Part shown: one piece after another, positions 50,998 to 61,735 of the stretch
How positions within the stretch are numbered: position 1 is the first letter of the stretch
Layout of the letters: the number at the start of each line of letters is the position of its first letter
Virus record (IMG/VR): IMGVR_UViG_3300013132_000047
Location: 4,181 to 68,180 of that record
Length of the DNA: 64,000 nt
Origin: a virus
Reading direction: 5' to 3' (one strand)
Translations under genes and position numbers: made by a program
Notes under the pieces: model-generated
The model's database searches: none
Told to the model about the DNA's origin: nothing
The model's input: only the letters and a program-made list of their open reading frames with translations

Positions 50998-53900
50998 ATG
51001 CCTCCAATTAAGGTCGAAGGAGTTACCCAAGAAGGGGTCGAAGATTTTTTCGCCAGGTATGTAAGAATACAAGATTATGTGCTTGAAAGAGCCTACGCTC
51101 GCGCGGGAGATGATGCTGTCACCGTTTTGGGGACTATGGCTGAAACAAATATTAATTTGCAAAGTTTGATCGCCGGTCTTTCTATAGAAGAAAAAGAGCG
51201 AGTCATGGCAAATTTTCGTGATTTGTTTCAGTTCAACACCATGCTGGGAGATAGGCAGGAATTAATTTCAATTCTTGGGGGTCAGGCACCATCGAGTAAT
51301 TCTTCGCTTTTAGAAATTGGGGAGGATTTAAAGACGGGCAGATTATTGAGGTTTAGGGTTGAGGCGGGAAATATAAATCCCCCATCACAAAGAAATCCTT
51401 TAGCGACAATATTAAACACTTTGAATATTCAAGTTGATGAGGTTCAGGCGAAAAAGGTCTTGATGGCACTTGAGGGGACAGGAGATGTTTCCGACGAAGA
51501 GATTTACAAGGCTTTTAAATTTGGCACCAATATAATGAAAGCTGACTATATGCGCGGAGTAGATAGATTAGCTTCTGGCGCGATGGCAATACCAGATGGT
51601 AGTAATATATTGGTTTTTGATACAGAAACACTTGGTCTGTCATTGGGTAGAGGCAATATTAGGCAGGTTTCTGCTTCGACATTGATGGTTGGTGGTCAAG
51701 CTGGTGTCGATGAAATTGTGGATCCGTTTAATAAGTTTTTTACGACCGCATCAGCCCAAGTTGGCATGATTAGAAATCCTCTTCTGGGTCAGAATAACAG
51801 GCTTTTTGAATATTTTGACGATATAGCAAGAAGATCTGCCCAGCCGGAAGATATTATCGATGATGTAGGATCCGGTAAACAATTTGCGGAAGCGTTAAAA
51901 CCTCTTTTGCTTAGAATGAGGGACTCTGACTACGTTATGGGTCATAATGTTCAGTTCGATATCGATCAAATTTTAGTGGGATCAAGATTAACTAGCGTTT
52001 ATCTTAACAACCTTGATCCAGAATTCGTTGAGCTAGTAGATCAGGTTGCTGCTAAAATTGGAAAAGGTGATTCCGTTATTGATACCCTGGCAATCGCTAG
52101 GAATAGGCTGCCAGATGTTCAGATAGCTCCCGAATTAGCTTTTGCCGGCAAAAAAACGACTCATTCCCTAGAAAATCTTATACTACAAACCAATCTGATT
52201 GACAGAATGGTGGAGGATGCAGGGGGCGGACAAGCTGGGCGAAATGAGGTAATGAGACTTCTGGGGATGACACAATCTGGCGCAATGCACCAATCTGATA
52301 TTGACACTCTTTTGACGGCAAAATTGTTTAAATACATGAATGAAGAGTCTTTAGTAGAAAAAGGTTTAGGTTTAGCAGAACCGGGCGTTTCGTTAACTGC
52401 AGACGAAAAAACTTTTTATTCTAGATTAAGAACATTTGTTAGACGCTCTTACGCGCCGACACCCATTTCAAACATAGCTGACGTAAGAAACATAGACGAA
52501 AACATGTTTGAAGCCTTAATGAAAGAGCAAGATGATAATAGGATTCGTTTCGGAATGCTTGATTCCCAAACGGGCGTAATGGAAAGACTCCAAAGAACTT
52601 CGCAAGAAACCCCGACCGGATTAATACATACAATAACTAGTGGTAAAGGCGTAGAGTTTTCCGGTACTGCTAAAGAACTTCAGAGTTTTTTGTCTGATGA
52701 CATAGAAAAATTCTCAATTTTCCCCCAACTTACACCAGTTGAGCAAGAAGTTTTTTTAACGAGGAATTTAGTTGCGCCACAAAATGTTGGTCCAGTAACG
52801 GATGAAACATTTTTTAATCTAGGTAATTTTCGCAAGATGACTGGTAGGGATAACCCTTACTCCGGACTTTTAAATAGGGTTGGAACCTTCTTTAAGCGAA
52901 ATGTTTCTGCTGGAGAATTTTCGGCTGTACAAACCGCAATGGAAAGAAATGGAGTCCCATTTGCCGGCCTAAGTTTGCCTGAAGCCGTTGTGACAAATGT
53001 TATGGCTAGGGCTACATCCACACAAGCCGTTGCGTTTGGCGGTGCCGATTATGGGGCGGTGTCTAAGTTGGCAGACGATATTGGGATCAGTCACTTCGGT
53101 CTGTGGGATGACGCAATGCTGACTCGGGGCGGTAAAGTTCAGCTTCCGGTCGAAATATTAAAGGCGGCAGGAGTTATGGGCGAGTCTGGAGATTTGCTGT
53201 CTTTAAGTACTTTCGAATACCTTGACGATTCAGTTGGGGAGTTCCAAAGCGGAATAAGCTTAACTAGGTCTCTGGCTGAGGAAGAACTGCAAACATTAAT
53301 TGACTATATAGATAATTTAGATGAAGATGATTTAATTGAGGGTACTAATAAAACTTTTCGTGATTTCTTCACAACTAAGGGAAGTGGTGCAACAAAGGCC
53401 GATTTGTTAGAGGGCTTGGCTACATCGGGAAAGCAGTTTGGCGTTAGTGTTGGCGGTTTTCGTGGTGAGGTAGCTCAACAGATAGGGGACGTACTCAAAG
53501 AAAGTGTCCTATTCGAGTCGATGCTAAGAGATACCGAGCAAATACCTTTTAAGGTTAGGCTTTTGGATATGGTTACGCCAACTGGTGGCGATAGAGTTGC
53601 CAGGGTTGGTCCATTTGTGCTCGATAGGTTTATGACAGATGAGGAGAAAGTTAATTACGCAAAGTCGTCAGAGCGAGCAAAAAATCTTTTGGATGAAATG
53701 GTTGAATATGCGCGTCTTCCAGGCAAGGGTGGACTCGTAACTGCTGCACAGTTTGCTGATGCTTCTGGCAGGAGCGATATTGCTAGGAAAGTATTTGAAA
53801 ATTATGCCAGAGTTAAAAAATCTACCCCATTTGCACTTGGTGTTGCAGCCATTGGTGTTGGTGGTTATCTTTTTGCTAAGAAAAAACGTGAATCAGAATT

Positions 53901-54102
53901 TTATGATGAAACAATGGAGCAACAACCGATAGAAACATCTTCTGATTATATAAACTACAGAAGAGAAATGGGAATGCAACCAGCACCTGCGAGAAGACTA
54001 ATGGACCCATTACTAACATCTTATGTAGTTGGAGATCTTGATGCCAACAAAATAGGTCACACCCAAATGGGGCATCAAAAATATTCTCATCTTTATCGAT
54101 AG
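50998..54102 (+). CDS. large protein with a DEDDh (DnaQ-like) 3'-5' exonuclease domain and a C-terminal hydrophobic segment
   Basis: VFDTETLG, GHNVQFD, IDTL, HSLENL, HQSDID. Confidence 0.8.
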   Translation: MPPIKVEGVTQEGVEDFFARYVRIQDYVLERAYARAGDDAVTVLGTMAETNINLQSLIAGLSIEEKERVMANFRDLFQFNTMLGDRQELISILGGQAPSSNSSLLEIGEDLKTGRLLRFRVEAGNINPPSQRNPLATILNTLNIQVDEVQAKKVLMALEGTGDVSDEEIYKAFKFGTNIMKADYMRGVDRLASGAMAIPDGSNILVFDTETLGLSLGRGNIRQVSASTLMVGGQAGVDEIVDPFNKFFTTASAQVGMIRNPLLGQNNRLFEYFDDIARRSAQPEDIIDDVGSGKQFAEALKPLLLRMRDSDYVMGHNVQFDIDQILVGSRLTSVYLNNLDPEFVELVDQVAAKIGKGDSVIDTLAIARNRLPDVQIAPELAFAGKKTTHSLENLILQTNLIDRMVEDAGGGQAGRNEVMRLLGMTQSGAMHQSDIDTLLTAKLFKYMNEESLVEKGLGLAEPGVSLTADEKTFYSRLRTFVRRSYAPTPISNIADVRNIDENMFEALMKEQDDNRIRFGMLDSQTGVMERLQRTSQETPTGLIHTITSGKGVEFSGTAKELQSFLSDDIEKFSIFPQLTPVEQEVFLTRNLVAPQNVGPVTDETFFNLGNFRKMTGRDNPYSGLLNRVGTFFKRNVSAGEFSAVQTAMERNGVPFAGLSLPEAVVTNVMARATSTQAVAFGGADYGAVSKLADDIGISHFGLWDDAMLTRGGKVQLPVEILKAAGVMGESGDLLSLSTFEYLDDSVGEFQSGISLTRSLAEEELQTLIDYIDNLDEDDLIEGTNKTFRDFFTTKGSGATKADLLEGLATSGKQFGVSVGGFRGEVAQQIGDVLKESVLFESMLRDTEQIPFKVRLLDMVTPTGGDRVARVGPFVLDRFMTDEEKVNYAKSSERAKNLLDEMVEYARLPGKGGLVTAAQFADASGRSDIARKVFENYARVKKSTPFALGVAAIGVGGYLFAKKKRESEFYDETMEQQPIETSSDYINYRREMGMQPAPARRLMDPLLTSYVVGDLDANKIGHTQMGHQKYSHLYR

Positions 54103-54110
54103 GTTGAGTT

Positions 54111-54761
54111 ATGGCTAGTACTTTAAAAGTAGGCGCAAAAGTTGCATCCAGTTCTAAGCTCAAAAAGTTTGGTGTTGCAGCTGGACTTATTGCCGCAGCA
54201 GGGTACGGCGCAGCCCGCCAAGATCCAATCCAATACACGATGAATGCTACCCAAGAAGCAGTGTTTGGCACGGATCAAATAGACAACATGGTACTAGGTA
54301 CTGATCTTTCGGCACGTAATTTTGTAGGCCTTCCATTCGGTATGGAGTTTACTCCTGGGTCATCAGCTGCTGGTGGCGCAGTATTTGGCGGTGGGATTGG
54401 GGCCGTGCTTGGAAGGGGTAAGATTGGTGCTTTAGCTGGTGGGGCTATTGGCGCAGGAATTGGCGCCATTGCAGGAGCTGCATCTGGTGCTTTAAATTCA
54501 AACGCTGGAAGAGTATTATTTCCTAGAGAAAATGTCGCAAATATGTTCTCAAGGAAAAGTCTAAATACAACAGCGTTCGAATTTAGGCGAGCAGATAGGA
54601 TGCAAGCTGAAGGAATCCTTGAAAATGCCGCAGAATACTCAACAACGCGGGGGTATTCTGAATACGAAAATTCAATATTTCCACAGAGAATGACTACAAG
54701 GAGATGGAATTCGGCAACAGGCGATATAGTTCTTGGTTCCTATAACTTAAGGCGCGGATAA
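54111..54761 (+). CDS. glycine-zipper putative virion/ejection protein
   Basis: GGAVFGGGIGAVLG...GALAGGAIGAGIGAIAG. Confidence 0.6.
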   Translation: MASTLKVGAKVASSSKLKKFGVAAGLIAAAGYGAARQDPIQYTMNATQEAVFGTDQIDNMVLGTDLSARNFVGLPFGMEFTPGSSAAGGAVFGGGIGAVLGRGKIGALAGGAIGAGIGAIAGAASGALNSNAGRVLFPRENVANMFSRKSLNTTAFEFRRADRMQAEGILENAAEYSTTRGYSEYENSIFPQRMTTRRWNSATGDIVLGSYNLRRG

Positions 54762-56266
54762 TGCTAGTCGATCCAAACACTGGTATGCCAATTGATCAGG
54801 GCGGTTCTGTCGACGGTCTTTCTGTGATGATGGGTGCACAAAATAGAACTGTTGGTGCAGTGAGCGGGTTTGCGGAGGAGGCCGGTTTAGTGGCTCCTAG
54901 CCCTATTCTTGATCAATTGAACAAAACTGTACCTGGACCCGTAAAGTCTACGTTTTGGAATACATATAGGGGCTCAAGAACGATAGGGTATGGCGCACCT
55001 GGTATTAATCAGATATCGGGTTTTAGGGCAACGTTTAGCCCACGTTTTTTGCGTAATTTGCCGTCTCAATCGGCATTGGGGGGTAGAAGCACCAAAACCG
55101 CAAATTACGCCTTTAGGGCCAGCAAGTATAGGCCTGCTCCACCTGGTGGTTTAGTGGCGTCCGAAAGTTACACGCCTTTTAACATGTTAACTAAGTTTGT
55201 TGGAAATCCTATCGTTAACGGAAGATTTGGTCTTGGAACAATGTCTCAAAAAGGCATTGAAAAAATGGCTAACGCTAAAAGTATTTCAATGCAAGAAGCA
55301 AGAGATATGGCAAATAAGTCTAAGTTGGGTAGATTTCAGCTTAGGATGGCAGATTACACTAATGAAGGACCGGCGTTTAGTATCGGAACTTTATCTAGGG
55401 TAACTGCCGCAGACAAAATGGCCAGGGGCAAGATGCCTGGTAGTAATGTGATGAATTTTCTTGGAGAAACAGATAAAGGCTTACTAGATTCATTCCGTAG
55501 TATGTCTTCTGGTGTTCAATTTAATGAAAAAGCACTTCGTTTTCAAGAGTTAAAAACCGGAAAAATGATCAAAACCGATGATGCTTTAGCTAGAATATCC
55601 GCAGTTAATCCAACATCAGACGAAGCTGCAAGGTTAACCTATGCAAGTGTTGATGGGGCCATATCTGGTAGGGTATCGGGTTTTATGGGTCAATTACGAT
55701 TAGGTTCCGAAGGCATGGGGATTGTAGATGAAGCCGCATCAAGATCCGGCAATAAAGCCTATACAGCGGGAAGAGAAGCTGCAGAAAGATTTATGAAATC
55801 TGGCGGTTTTGAAAAAAAGGCTGGTCAATTTGTTGTAAGGGAAGGTAGTGAACAACTTTTTCAAAAAGCAGGTTTAAAAGTTGGAGAAAAAGTAACGTTT
55901 AATGCCGCTCGAAAAATTGGCGGTAAAGCTGGATTAAAAGTTGGAGCTAGGCTAGCTACTGCTGCAGCCCTTCAAGCTGTGCCTGTTGTAGGTCAAATTG
56001 TGGGTGCAGTTATGTTGGCAGATTTAGCTATGGATGTAGGTAAACTTGGTGTAGAAGTCTTTAAGAGCGGCGTAGATTTTGCAAAAGAAGCGGCAATATC
56101 TTATAAGGGTAGCATAAATAAGGGCGTTATGGGTATGGGCTATAGGGATAATACGGTAGCCGCAACTTCAAGGGCACGAGGTGTTCAGGCAATTCAAAAT
56201 TCTAGACTCAATGCAAGAAGCGTATTGGGTTCCGAGGCTGGCGCAATGCATGCGCATTTTGGTTAA
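54761..56266 (+). CDS. basic Gly/Ala-rich putative ejection/internal virion protein
   Basis: VPVVGQIVGAVML segment; late-arm context. Confidence 0.55.
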   Translation: MLVDPNTGMPIDQGGSVDGLSVMMGAQNRTVGAVSGFAEEAGLVAPSPILDQLNKTVPGPVKSTFWNTYRGSRTIGYGAPGINQISGFRATFSPRFLRNLPSQSALGGRSTKTANYAFRASKYRPAPPGGLVASESYTPFNMLTKFVGNPIVNGRFGLGTMSQKGIEKMANAKSISMQEARDMANKSKLGRFQLRMADYTNEGPAFSIGTLSRVTAADKMARGKMPGSNVMNFLGETDKGLLDSFRSMSSGVQFNEKALRFQELKTGKMIKTDDALARISAVNPTSDEAARLTYASVDGAISGRVSGFMGQLRLGSEGMGIVDEAASRSGNKAYTAGREAAERFMKSGGFEKKAGQFVVREGSEQLFQKAGLKVGEKVTFNAARKIGGKAGLKVGARLATAAALQAVPVVGQIVGAVMLADLAMDVGKLGVEVFKSGVDFAKEAAISYKGSINKGVMGMGYRDNTVAATSRARGVQAIQNSRLNARSVLGSEAGAMHAHFG

Positions 56267-58158
56267 TGTTAAACGAAAAAACAAAAGAGTTTAGGGAAAA
56301 ATTAGTAGAACTTGAACGGGAAGAGCTGTTAGATATAATCGGGGATCAAAATCCGGAGTATATAAAGCAGATTAATCGTATTGAATACGTTTTTGCTAAT
56401 AAGTTAAAGCATCTCACATGGAGTGACGGTACACCTATTGATGGCCGGCAACTCACAAAAGAAGAGTTAAGCTTACTAATTGATGAGCCTTTTGTCTTTA
56501 GTCAAGAGTTAAGCGACATCGGCTTAACGACACCCCAGCAAAGGGAGCTTCATGTCGCAAAGGATGTAATCACTTGGTCAAGAGCTTTCCTCGATATTCA
56601 GCCAAGAGTTTATCAGACCTTAATATTACGTCATCCATCTTTAAGAAAAGTGTTGAGGGCTGGAAGGCGTTTGGGTAAAACGGTCAGTATGTCTCTACTG
56701 CTTTTGCATTATTCGTACACAAATAAAAATGCAAAGTCCATTGTTATTGCGCCAATGAAGGCGCAGGTTGAAGTTATTTACAAAGAAATCCTTAAGTATG
56801 CATCAAATAGTGAACTGGTTAAACAATCGATAATCAGAAGCGTAACAAGTCCACAGTTTGTGATTGAATTTTCGAATGGTAGTCAAATATCGTTCTTTAC
56901 ATCGGGCATGAGAAGTGGCGGAAGAAGCGATGTTGTCCGCGGTCAGGAGGCGCACCTCATAGTGCTTGACGAGTTAGACTACATGCACCCAGATGACCTT
57001 ATAGCAGTAATGGCTATGCTACAGAAAACAGATGAAAATCAGCCAGATAAAATTTTAATTGGAGCTTCAACACCAACCGGTAAAAGAGAAATATTTTACG
57101 CTTGGTGTACGGATATAGATAATACAGGAATTTTTAAAGAATTTTGGTTTCCTTCGTACGTAAACCCAATGATGACAAATGACACAGAAAGAGAACTTCG
57201 CCTTCAGTATACTTCGGAGATGGCTTATCGCCACGAGGTTGAGGCAGACTGGGGAGAAAACGCTGAAGGTGTCTATCCAAGGAGATTTATTGACGCAGCG
57301 TTTGTAGATCCTGGTTGGGATTATCATCCGAGGCGCGAAGAGCAAAAAGCTAAATATGTATTTGGTGTTGATTGGGATAAATATGGTGCTGGTGTTAACA
57401 TAGTTGTTTTGGAGGTTAACGAAAAAGCCTCTAAACCAGAGTTCAGCGGTAGAGTCCGACTCGCTTATCGCGAGGAGACTTTGCGCGAGGAATACACCCT
57501 TACAAAAGCTGTTGAAAGAATAATTCAATTAAATGAAATATTTTTACCAGAGCATATTTATGTTGATAGAGGTTTTGGGGAAGTCCAAATTGAACTTCTT
57601 CACAAGTATGGCGCAGAAAATAGGTTATCGGGTTTGGCGACAAAGGTTAAAGGTATTTCTTCAGCAGAAAATATAGAAATAAGAGATCCTTTTACTCAAC
57701 AAAAAATGAAAAAAGAAATTAAACCTTTCATGGTTGACAGTGTAAGACAAATGCTAGAAAAAAACGAGCTTATTTTTCCAACGCAAGATACAGAACTTTA
57801 TAAACAATTAAGCGCCTATGTAGTTGCCCGCAAAACTGCTTCCGGTCGTCCCGTTTATGAGGCATCTGGCACGGCACAGGACCACGCACACGATGCACTG
57901 ATGCTTGCCTGCCACGCGATCAACGAAAACTATGGTGAACTAATGAAATCAAGAGTTTCAACTAAAGTGGTGGCGATAGGCAACGATGTGTTTTTGCCTA
58001 CGTTTACTTTATCTTCGAATAGTTCAGACAGGACAGCAGAAGAGGAATTTATAGAAGATAGGTGGGGCGATAAAGGGGCTGCTCCGGTTATGTTTAGGCG
58101 TTCAATGTCTTATTCAGGTAAAAGAGGAAATAAGAATTTTAGAAGAAAGTCTTTTTAA
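56266..58158 (+). CDS. terL: terminase large subunit
   Basis: AGRRLGKT, LDELD, ASTPTG, GVDWD, DRGFG, DHAHDAL. Confidence 0.92.
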   Translation: MLNEKTKEFREKLVELEREELLDIIGDQNPEYIKQINRIEYVFANKLKHLTWSDGTPIDGRQLTKEELSLLIDEPFVFSQELSDIGLTTPQQRELHVAKDVITWSRAFLDIQPRVYQTLILRHPSLRKVLRAGRRLGKTVSMSLLLLHYSYTNKNAKSIVIAPMKAQVEVIYKEILKYASNSELVKQSIIRSVTSPQFVIEFSNGSQISFFTSGMRSGGRSDVVRGQEAHLIVLDELDYMHPDDLIAVMAMLQKTDENQPDKILIGASTPTGKREIFYAWCTDIDNTGIFKEFWFPSYVNPMMTNDTERELRLQYTSEMAYRHEVEADWGENAEGVYPRRFIDAAFVDPGWDYHPRREEQKAKYVFGVDWDKYGAGVNIVVLEVNEKASKPEFSGRVRLAYREETLREEYTLTKAVERIIQLNEIFLPEHIYVDRGFGEVQIELLHKYGAENRLSGLATKVKGISSAENIEIRDPFTQQKMKKEIKPFMVDSVRQMLEKNELIFPTQDTELYKQLSAYVVARKTASGRPVYEASGTAQDHAHDALMLACHAINENYGELMKSRVSTKVVAIGNDVFLPTFTLSSNSSDRTAEEEFIEDRWGDKGAAPVMFRRSMSYSGKRGNKNFRRKSF

Positions 58159-59726
58159 TGAGTAACAACGATCTTTCTTATTCCGGTCCACAAAAAGAAT
58201 ATAAACCCCAGCCTGGCTCCGAAACTTCTCAAAGGGAAATCCCATCACTTGGTGTTGATTTCGCGCCAGATTCACTTGGTACACTAAAAGATGCAATTAT
58301 CCACATAATAAATAGAAGCAATATCATATTAAGCAAATGTGACGATGAATTATCTACATTTGTTTTTGACGCTGGGCAAAATGAGAAAATTAAAGAAGCG
58401 GCAAGTAATATTTGGTTAAATTTCAATGATTTTAAGAGTGATTTAATTTCTTATGATCAAATAAAACAACTAGACCTATCAAATAGGTCTTCTAAATTTT
58501 TATTTAATTCATATAAAAAAGATTTAAGAAAACCTAATGGTTCTTCAGCTTTTGATATTAAAGATTTAGTGGAGATAATACTTTTAGAAGCTCAAGAAAT
58601 TGAAACAATTATTAATTTGGATTTTTTTGGAAGTAATAGTTCAATTGAGATTAGATTAATTGAATTATTAGTTGGGTTTACTTCATTAATTAAATCTCAT
58701 CTTAATAAAATTGATTCATTTTTTGCCTTACCTCAAGAGCAAAGAAATCGATCACTGCCTAAAGAAGAAATAGATAAACTTTCTAAAGAAGACGCCATAA
58801 AGCATCAATCTCTCTTTTTGCTTTCTGTTAACGGGTTAAATGATGAGATAGATAAAGATATGGATCATTTGCGCCGTTTTTTTACTGATTCTTCTAATTA
58901 TTTTTATAGCAAAGTTGTCGCACCACTTGTCCAGCTCAAAAATAAGTCTCCAAATAGTTACTCTCCAGGCTCTAGTCTTACTGACTTGGGCCTTTGGACT
59001 AAAGACGTCGACGATGCATTCAATAGAAACGTTGTGACTAGCCTTTATGACGTTTCTGACAGAACATATAAATTGGACCAAATGATTGCAACTTTAGAAG
59101 AAAAAATTTCTTTACGAGAAAACTATCTTGGATATATAAGGCAACTACAGTCAAGTGGCGTAACGCCAGTTACCTACTTGTCTAAGGGTGATCAAACTTC
59201 GGCTTTAATACAAGCCGAAAAAAATGTTGCACTAACAAGTGACCATAACTCTTTGTCTGGGCGTTTAGATAAAAAAGCTCATGAACAGTATTTACTTAAG
59301 TCTAATGATTATTTAAGTGGAGATTTGCTACTTGATAAAAGTATTAAATTTGGCGATATAGATATTTCGGATCATTTGCATAACGATTCCGATAATTCCC
59401 ATAAGATAAACGGCAAAGACATTGAAGATAGTTCAATTACTACGGATTTAATCAGTAAAAATTATGATTATAAACCAAGTAGTTTGAGGGTAATTGATTT
59501 TAATTCTTATGGCAATTTCTTAGACGCTAAGCTATTTTGGGTAAATAAAAATCAAGATACAATTAATGAGGTTCAGGTTTCTAAAATAGAAGATGCCGTT
59601 TTTGTTGAGCCTCAACCAGAAGAGCCAGATGTTCCACGTATACCGGGTTATATTCCTCCGTTTGAGTCTTATGATCCCCTTTATATAGAATGGATTACGC
59701 AAATTGATTACGAGTTGTTTTTTTAA
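58158..59726 (+). CDS. structural protein, paralog of 59739-61259
   Basis: Shared DLSY.GP.KEYKPQ N-terminus and H..L..R....AH.QY.LKS motif. Confidence 0.7.
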   Translation: MSNNDLSYSGPQKEYKPQPGSETSQREIPSLGVDFAPDSLGTLKDAIIHIINRSNIILSKCDDELSTFVFDAGQNEKIKEAASNIWLNFNDFKSDLISYDQIKQLDLSNRSSKFLFNSYKKDLRKPNGSSAFDIKDLVEIILLEAQEIETIINLDFFGSNSSIEIRLIELLVGFTSLIKSHLNKIDSFFALPQEQRNRSLPKEEIDKLSKEDAIKHQSLFLLSVNGLNDEIDKDMDHLRRFFTDSSNYFYSKVVAPLVQLKNKSPNSYSPGSSLTDLGLWTKDVDDAFNRNVVTSLYDVSDRTYKLDQMIATLEEKISLRENYLGYIRQLQSSGVTPVTYLSKGDQTSALIQAEKNVALTSDHNSLSGRLDKKAHEQYLLKSNDYLSGDLLLDKSIKFGDIDISDHLHNDSDNSHKINGKDIEDSSITTDLISKNYDYKPSSLRVIDFNSYGNFLDAKLFWVNKNQDTINEVQVSKIEDAVFVEPQPEEPDVPRIPGYIPPFESYDPLYIEWITQIDYELFF

Positions 59727-59738
59727 TGAAGGATTGAT

Positions 59739-61259
59739 ATGACACAAGAACGTGATGACTTAAGTTACAAGGGACCAAATAAAGAATACAAACCGCAAGA
59801 CGGCACGAATGCTTCTCAGGTTCAGGATTTCTTTAACACTTTTGATGATCAAATTTATCAATATGAATTTTTGGAAAATCAAATCCAAAGGGTTATTACT
59901 GAAACAGACGCGATTTTATCGCAGGCAGACTATAAGTTAAAAAATTTTGCTTTAAAGATTCGTAACAATAAAGTTATGGAGGCACAAAAAGCTATATGGC
60001 CAAGTAGTATGCCCGATGTGAAGGATTATGTAACCTATGAGCAGTATAGCGCTTTAGAGCCTAGGTTGGATAGGTCTTCAAAAATTATTAAAGATGAATA
60101 TACAAAAAACCTTAGAGGTGAGCAAGGATCTGGCGCTTTAGATGTGCGCAAACTGGCTAAGGTTATTAACACTGAAGCAAAAAATATAAAGGGGTTTTTA
60201 GATGAAGATATTATTAGTGATGTAAATGATTCCGCGCAAAAAAGAATCGCAGAACTATTCCAAGATTGGTCGTCATCAGCCCTTACACACACACAGAGGC
60301 TATCCTCATTTTTTTCGGAGAGAGATCAAAAAGATACATCCAAAATACCGGAATCCGAAATGGCTACTCTCACAGAAGAAGACGCAAGCAGATACCAGGC
60401 TCTTTTTAAGGCCAGAATAAATGCGCTTAATTTAGAAATTGATAGGCAAGTTTCTGATTTTGAAAAATACTTCTTAGTATCTTCAGATATTTTTTATTCA
60501 AAGTTTTTAGGGCCAGCTATTAGATTTCATAAAAAAGCTGGTTCAGATCTTATGTTTAAGGCAGACGAAAGCAGCATTTTGGGCCGTGAAATAATAAAAG
60601 CCGGCGAATCTTTAAATCTCAACATGCATGCTGCTTTGACAGATCTTCTTCAAAGGAACGAAATTTTTGAATCAATCATATCAAGCGCTGAAGCCAATAT
60701 TGGCAGGCAAGAAAGTCTGCGTCAAGTTTTTGAACAGTTTTCTCAAAAAAGTGGTAAAACTGTTGATCCATTTTTGACTACGGTTCCAGATGAAGAAACT
60801 AATTTAAGTTTAAAAAAATCTTTAGAAGAATTTGCTACTCAACAAAATTATTCAACTTCGATGATATCAACGCACAACACTTTGGCAAATAGGGAAGACC
60901 CATTGGCCCATCCACAATATATTTTAAAATCTGGGGATAAAATCACTGGTGATATACAGGTTGGTCAAGGCGTCAAAATTGATGGGGTTATAATCTCAGA
61001 GCATCAGCATACGGGTTTTGACGGGTCGGCCCAAATTGGTGGTGGAAGCATAGTGCCCGGAAGTCTTCCTGTATCCGCTGTAGATGTAAGCCAGACTGTT
61101 GAACCGCCGAAGAATTTGCGACTAGTTGGTTACAGCGATGGCGGCACAATTGGTGAAGCAACCATACTAAATGCAAATTTTTTTTGGGAATCACAAGATC
61201 CTGATCAAATATATGAAATACAGATTACTAAAAGAGATGGTATTGGGTTTGACGAGTAA
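59739..61259 (+). CDS. structural/tail-associated protein, paralog of 58158-59726
   Basis: As above; AHPQY and H.H.G.DGS motifs typical of tail proteins. Confidence 0.7.
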   Translation: MTQERDDLSYKGPNKEYKPQDGTNASQVQDFFNTFDDQIYQYEFLENQIQRVITETDAILSQADYKLKNFALKIRNNKVMEAQKAIWPSSMPDVKDYVTYEQYSALEPRLDRSSKIIKDEYTKNLRGEQGSGALDVRKLAKVINTEAKNIKGFLDEDIISDVNDSAQKRIAELFQDWSSSALTHTQRLSSFFSERDQKDTSKIPESEMATLTEEDASRYQALFKARINALNLEIDRQVSDFEKYFLVSSDIFYSKFLGPAIRFHKKAGSDLMFKADESSILGREIIKAGESLNLNMHAALTDLLQRNEIFESIISSAEANIGRQESLRQVFEQFSQKSGKTVDPFLTTVPDEETNLSLKKSLEEFATQQNYSTSMISTHNTLANREDPLAHPQYILKSGDKITGDIQVGQGVKIDGVIISEHQHTGFDGSAQIGGGSIVPGSLPVSAVDVSQTVEPPKNLRLVGYSDGGTIGEATILNANFFWESQDPDQIYEIQITKRDGIGFDE

Positions 61260-61297
61260 TTACTATTGATATGTAGTCTAGGTAAAGTTGGATTGTA

Positions 61298-61735
61298 ATG
61301 GGTGGTTTTTCTAATTTCTACGCAATTGCTGTGGCTAATCATTTTTTTCGCGGTGATGTCGCTACTGTTGCGGCTGAACGCCCGGAAGAACTTTATTTGT
61401 CACTTCATATATCTGACCCGACAGATGCAGCTTCTAGTTCTGACGAATTGGAAGGGGGATCGTATTCTAGGCAACGTATATTTTTTGATTCACCGGATCA
61501 AGACTTTGTTAATAATGTTTATGTTGTTTTTATTCTCAACTCTAACAATATTGTTTTCCCTAATTTGCCAGCCTCAGAAATAACCCATATAGCCATATGG
61601 GAAGGGTTAAGTGGCGGAAGAATGCTTTTTTCTGACAATTTATATATTTCTGCCGCAACTCCAACATCGGTAGTGTTAAACAATGGCGATACGCTATCAA
61701 TTCCTGAAGGTTATATAAAGATCTATATACAATGA
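61298..61735 (+). CDS. phage tail-associated protein
   Basis: LYLSLH..DP......E..GGSY.RQ...ITH.AIW....GG..L. Confidence 0.75.
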   Translation: MGGFSNFYAIAVANHFFRGDVATVAAERPEELYLSLHISDPTDAASSSDELEGGSYSRQRIFFDSPDQDFVNNVYVVFILNSNNIVFPNLPASEITHIAIWEGLSGGRMLFSDNLYISAATPTSVVLNNGDTLSIPEGYIKIYIQ

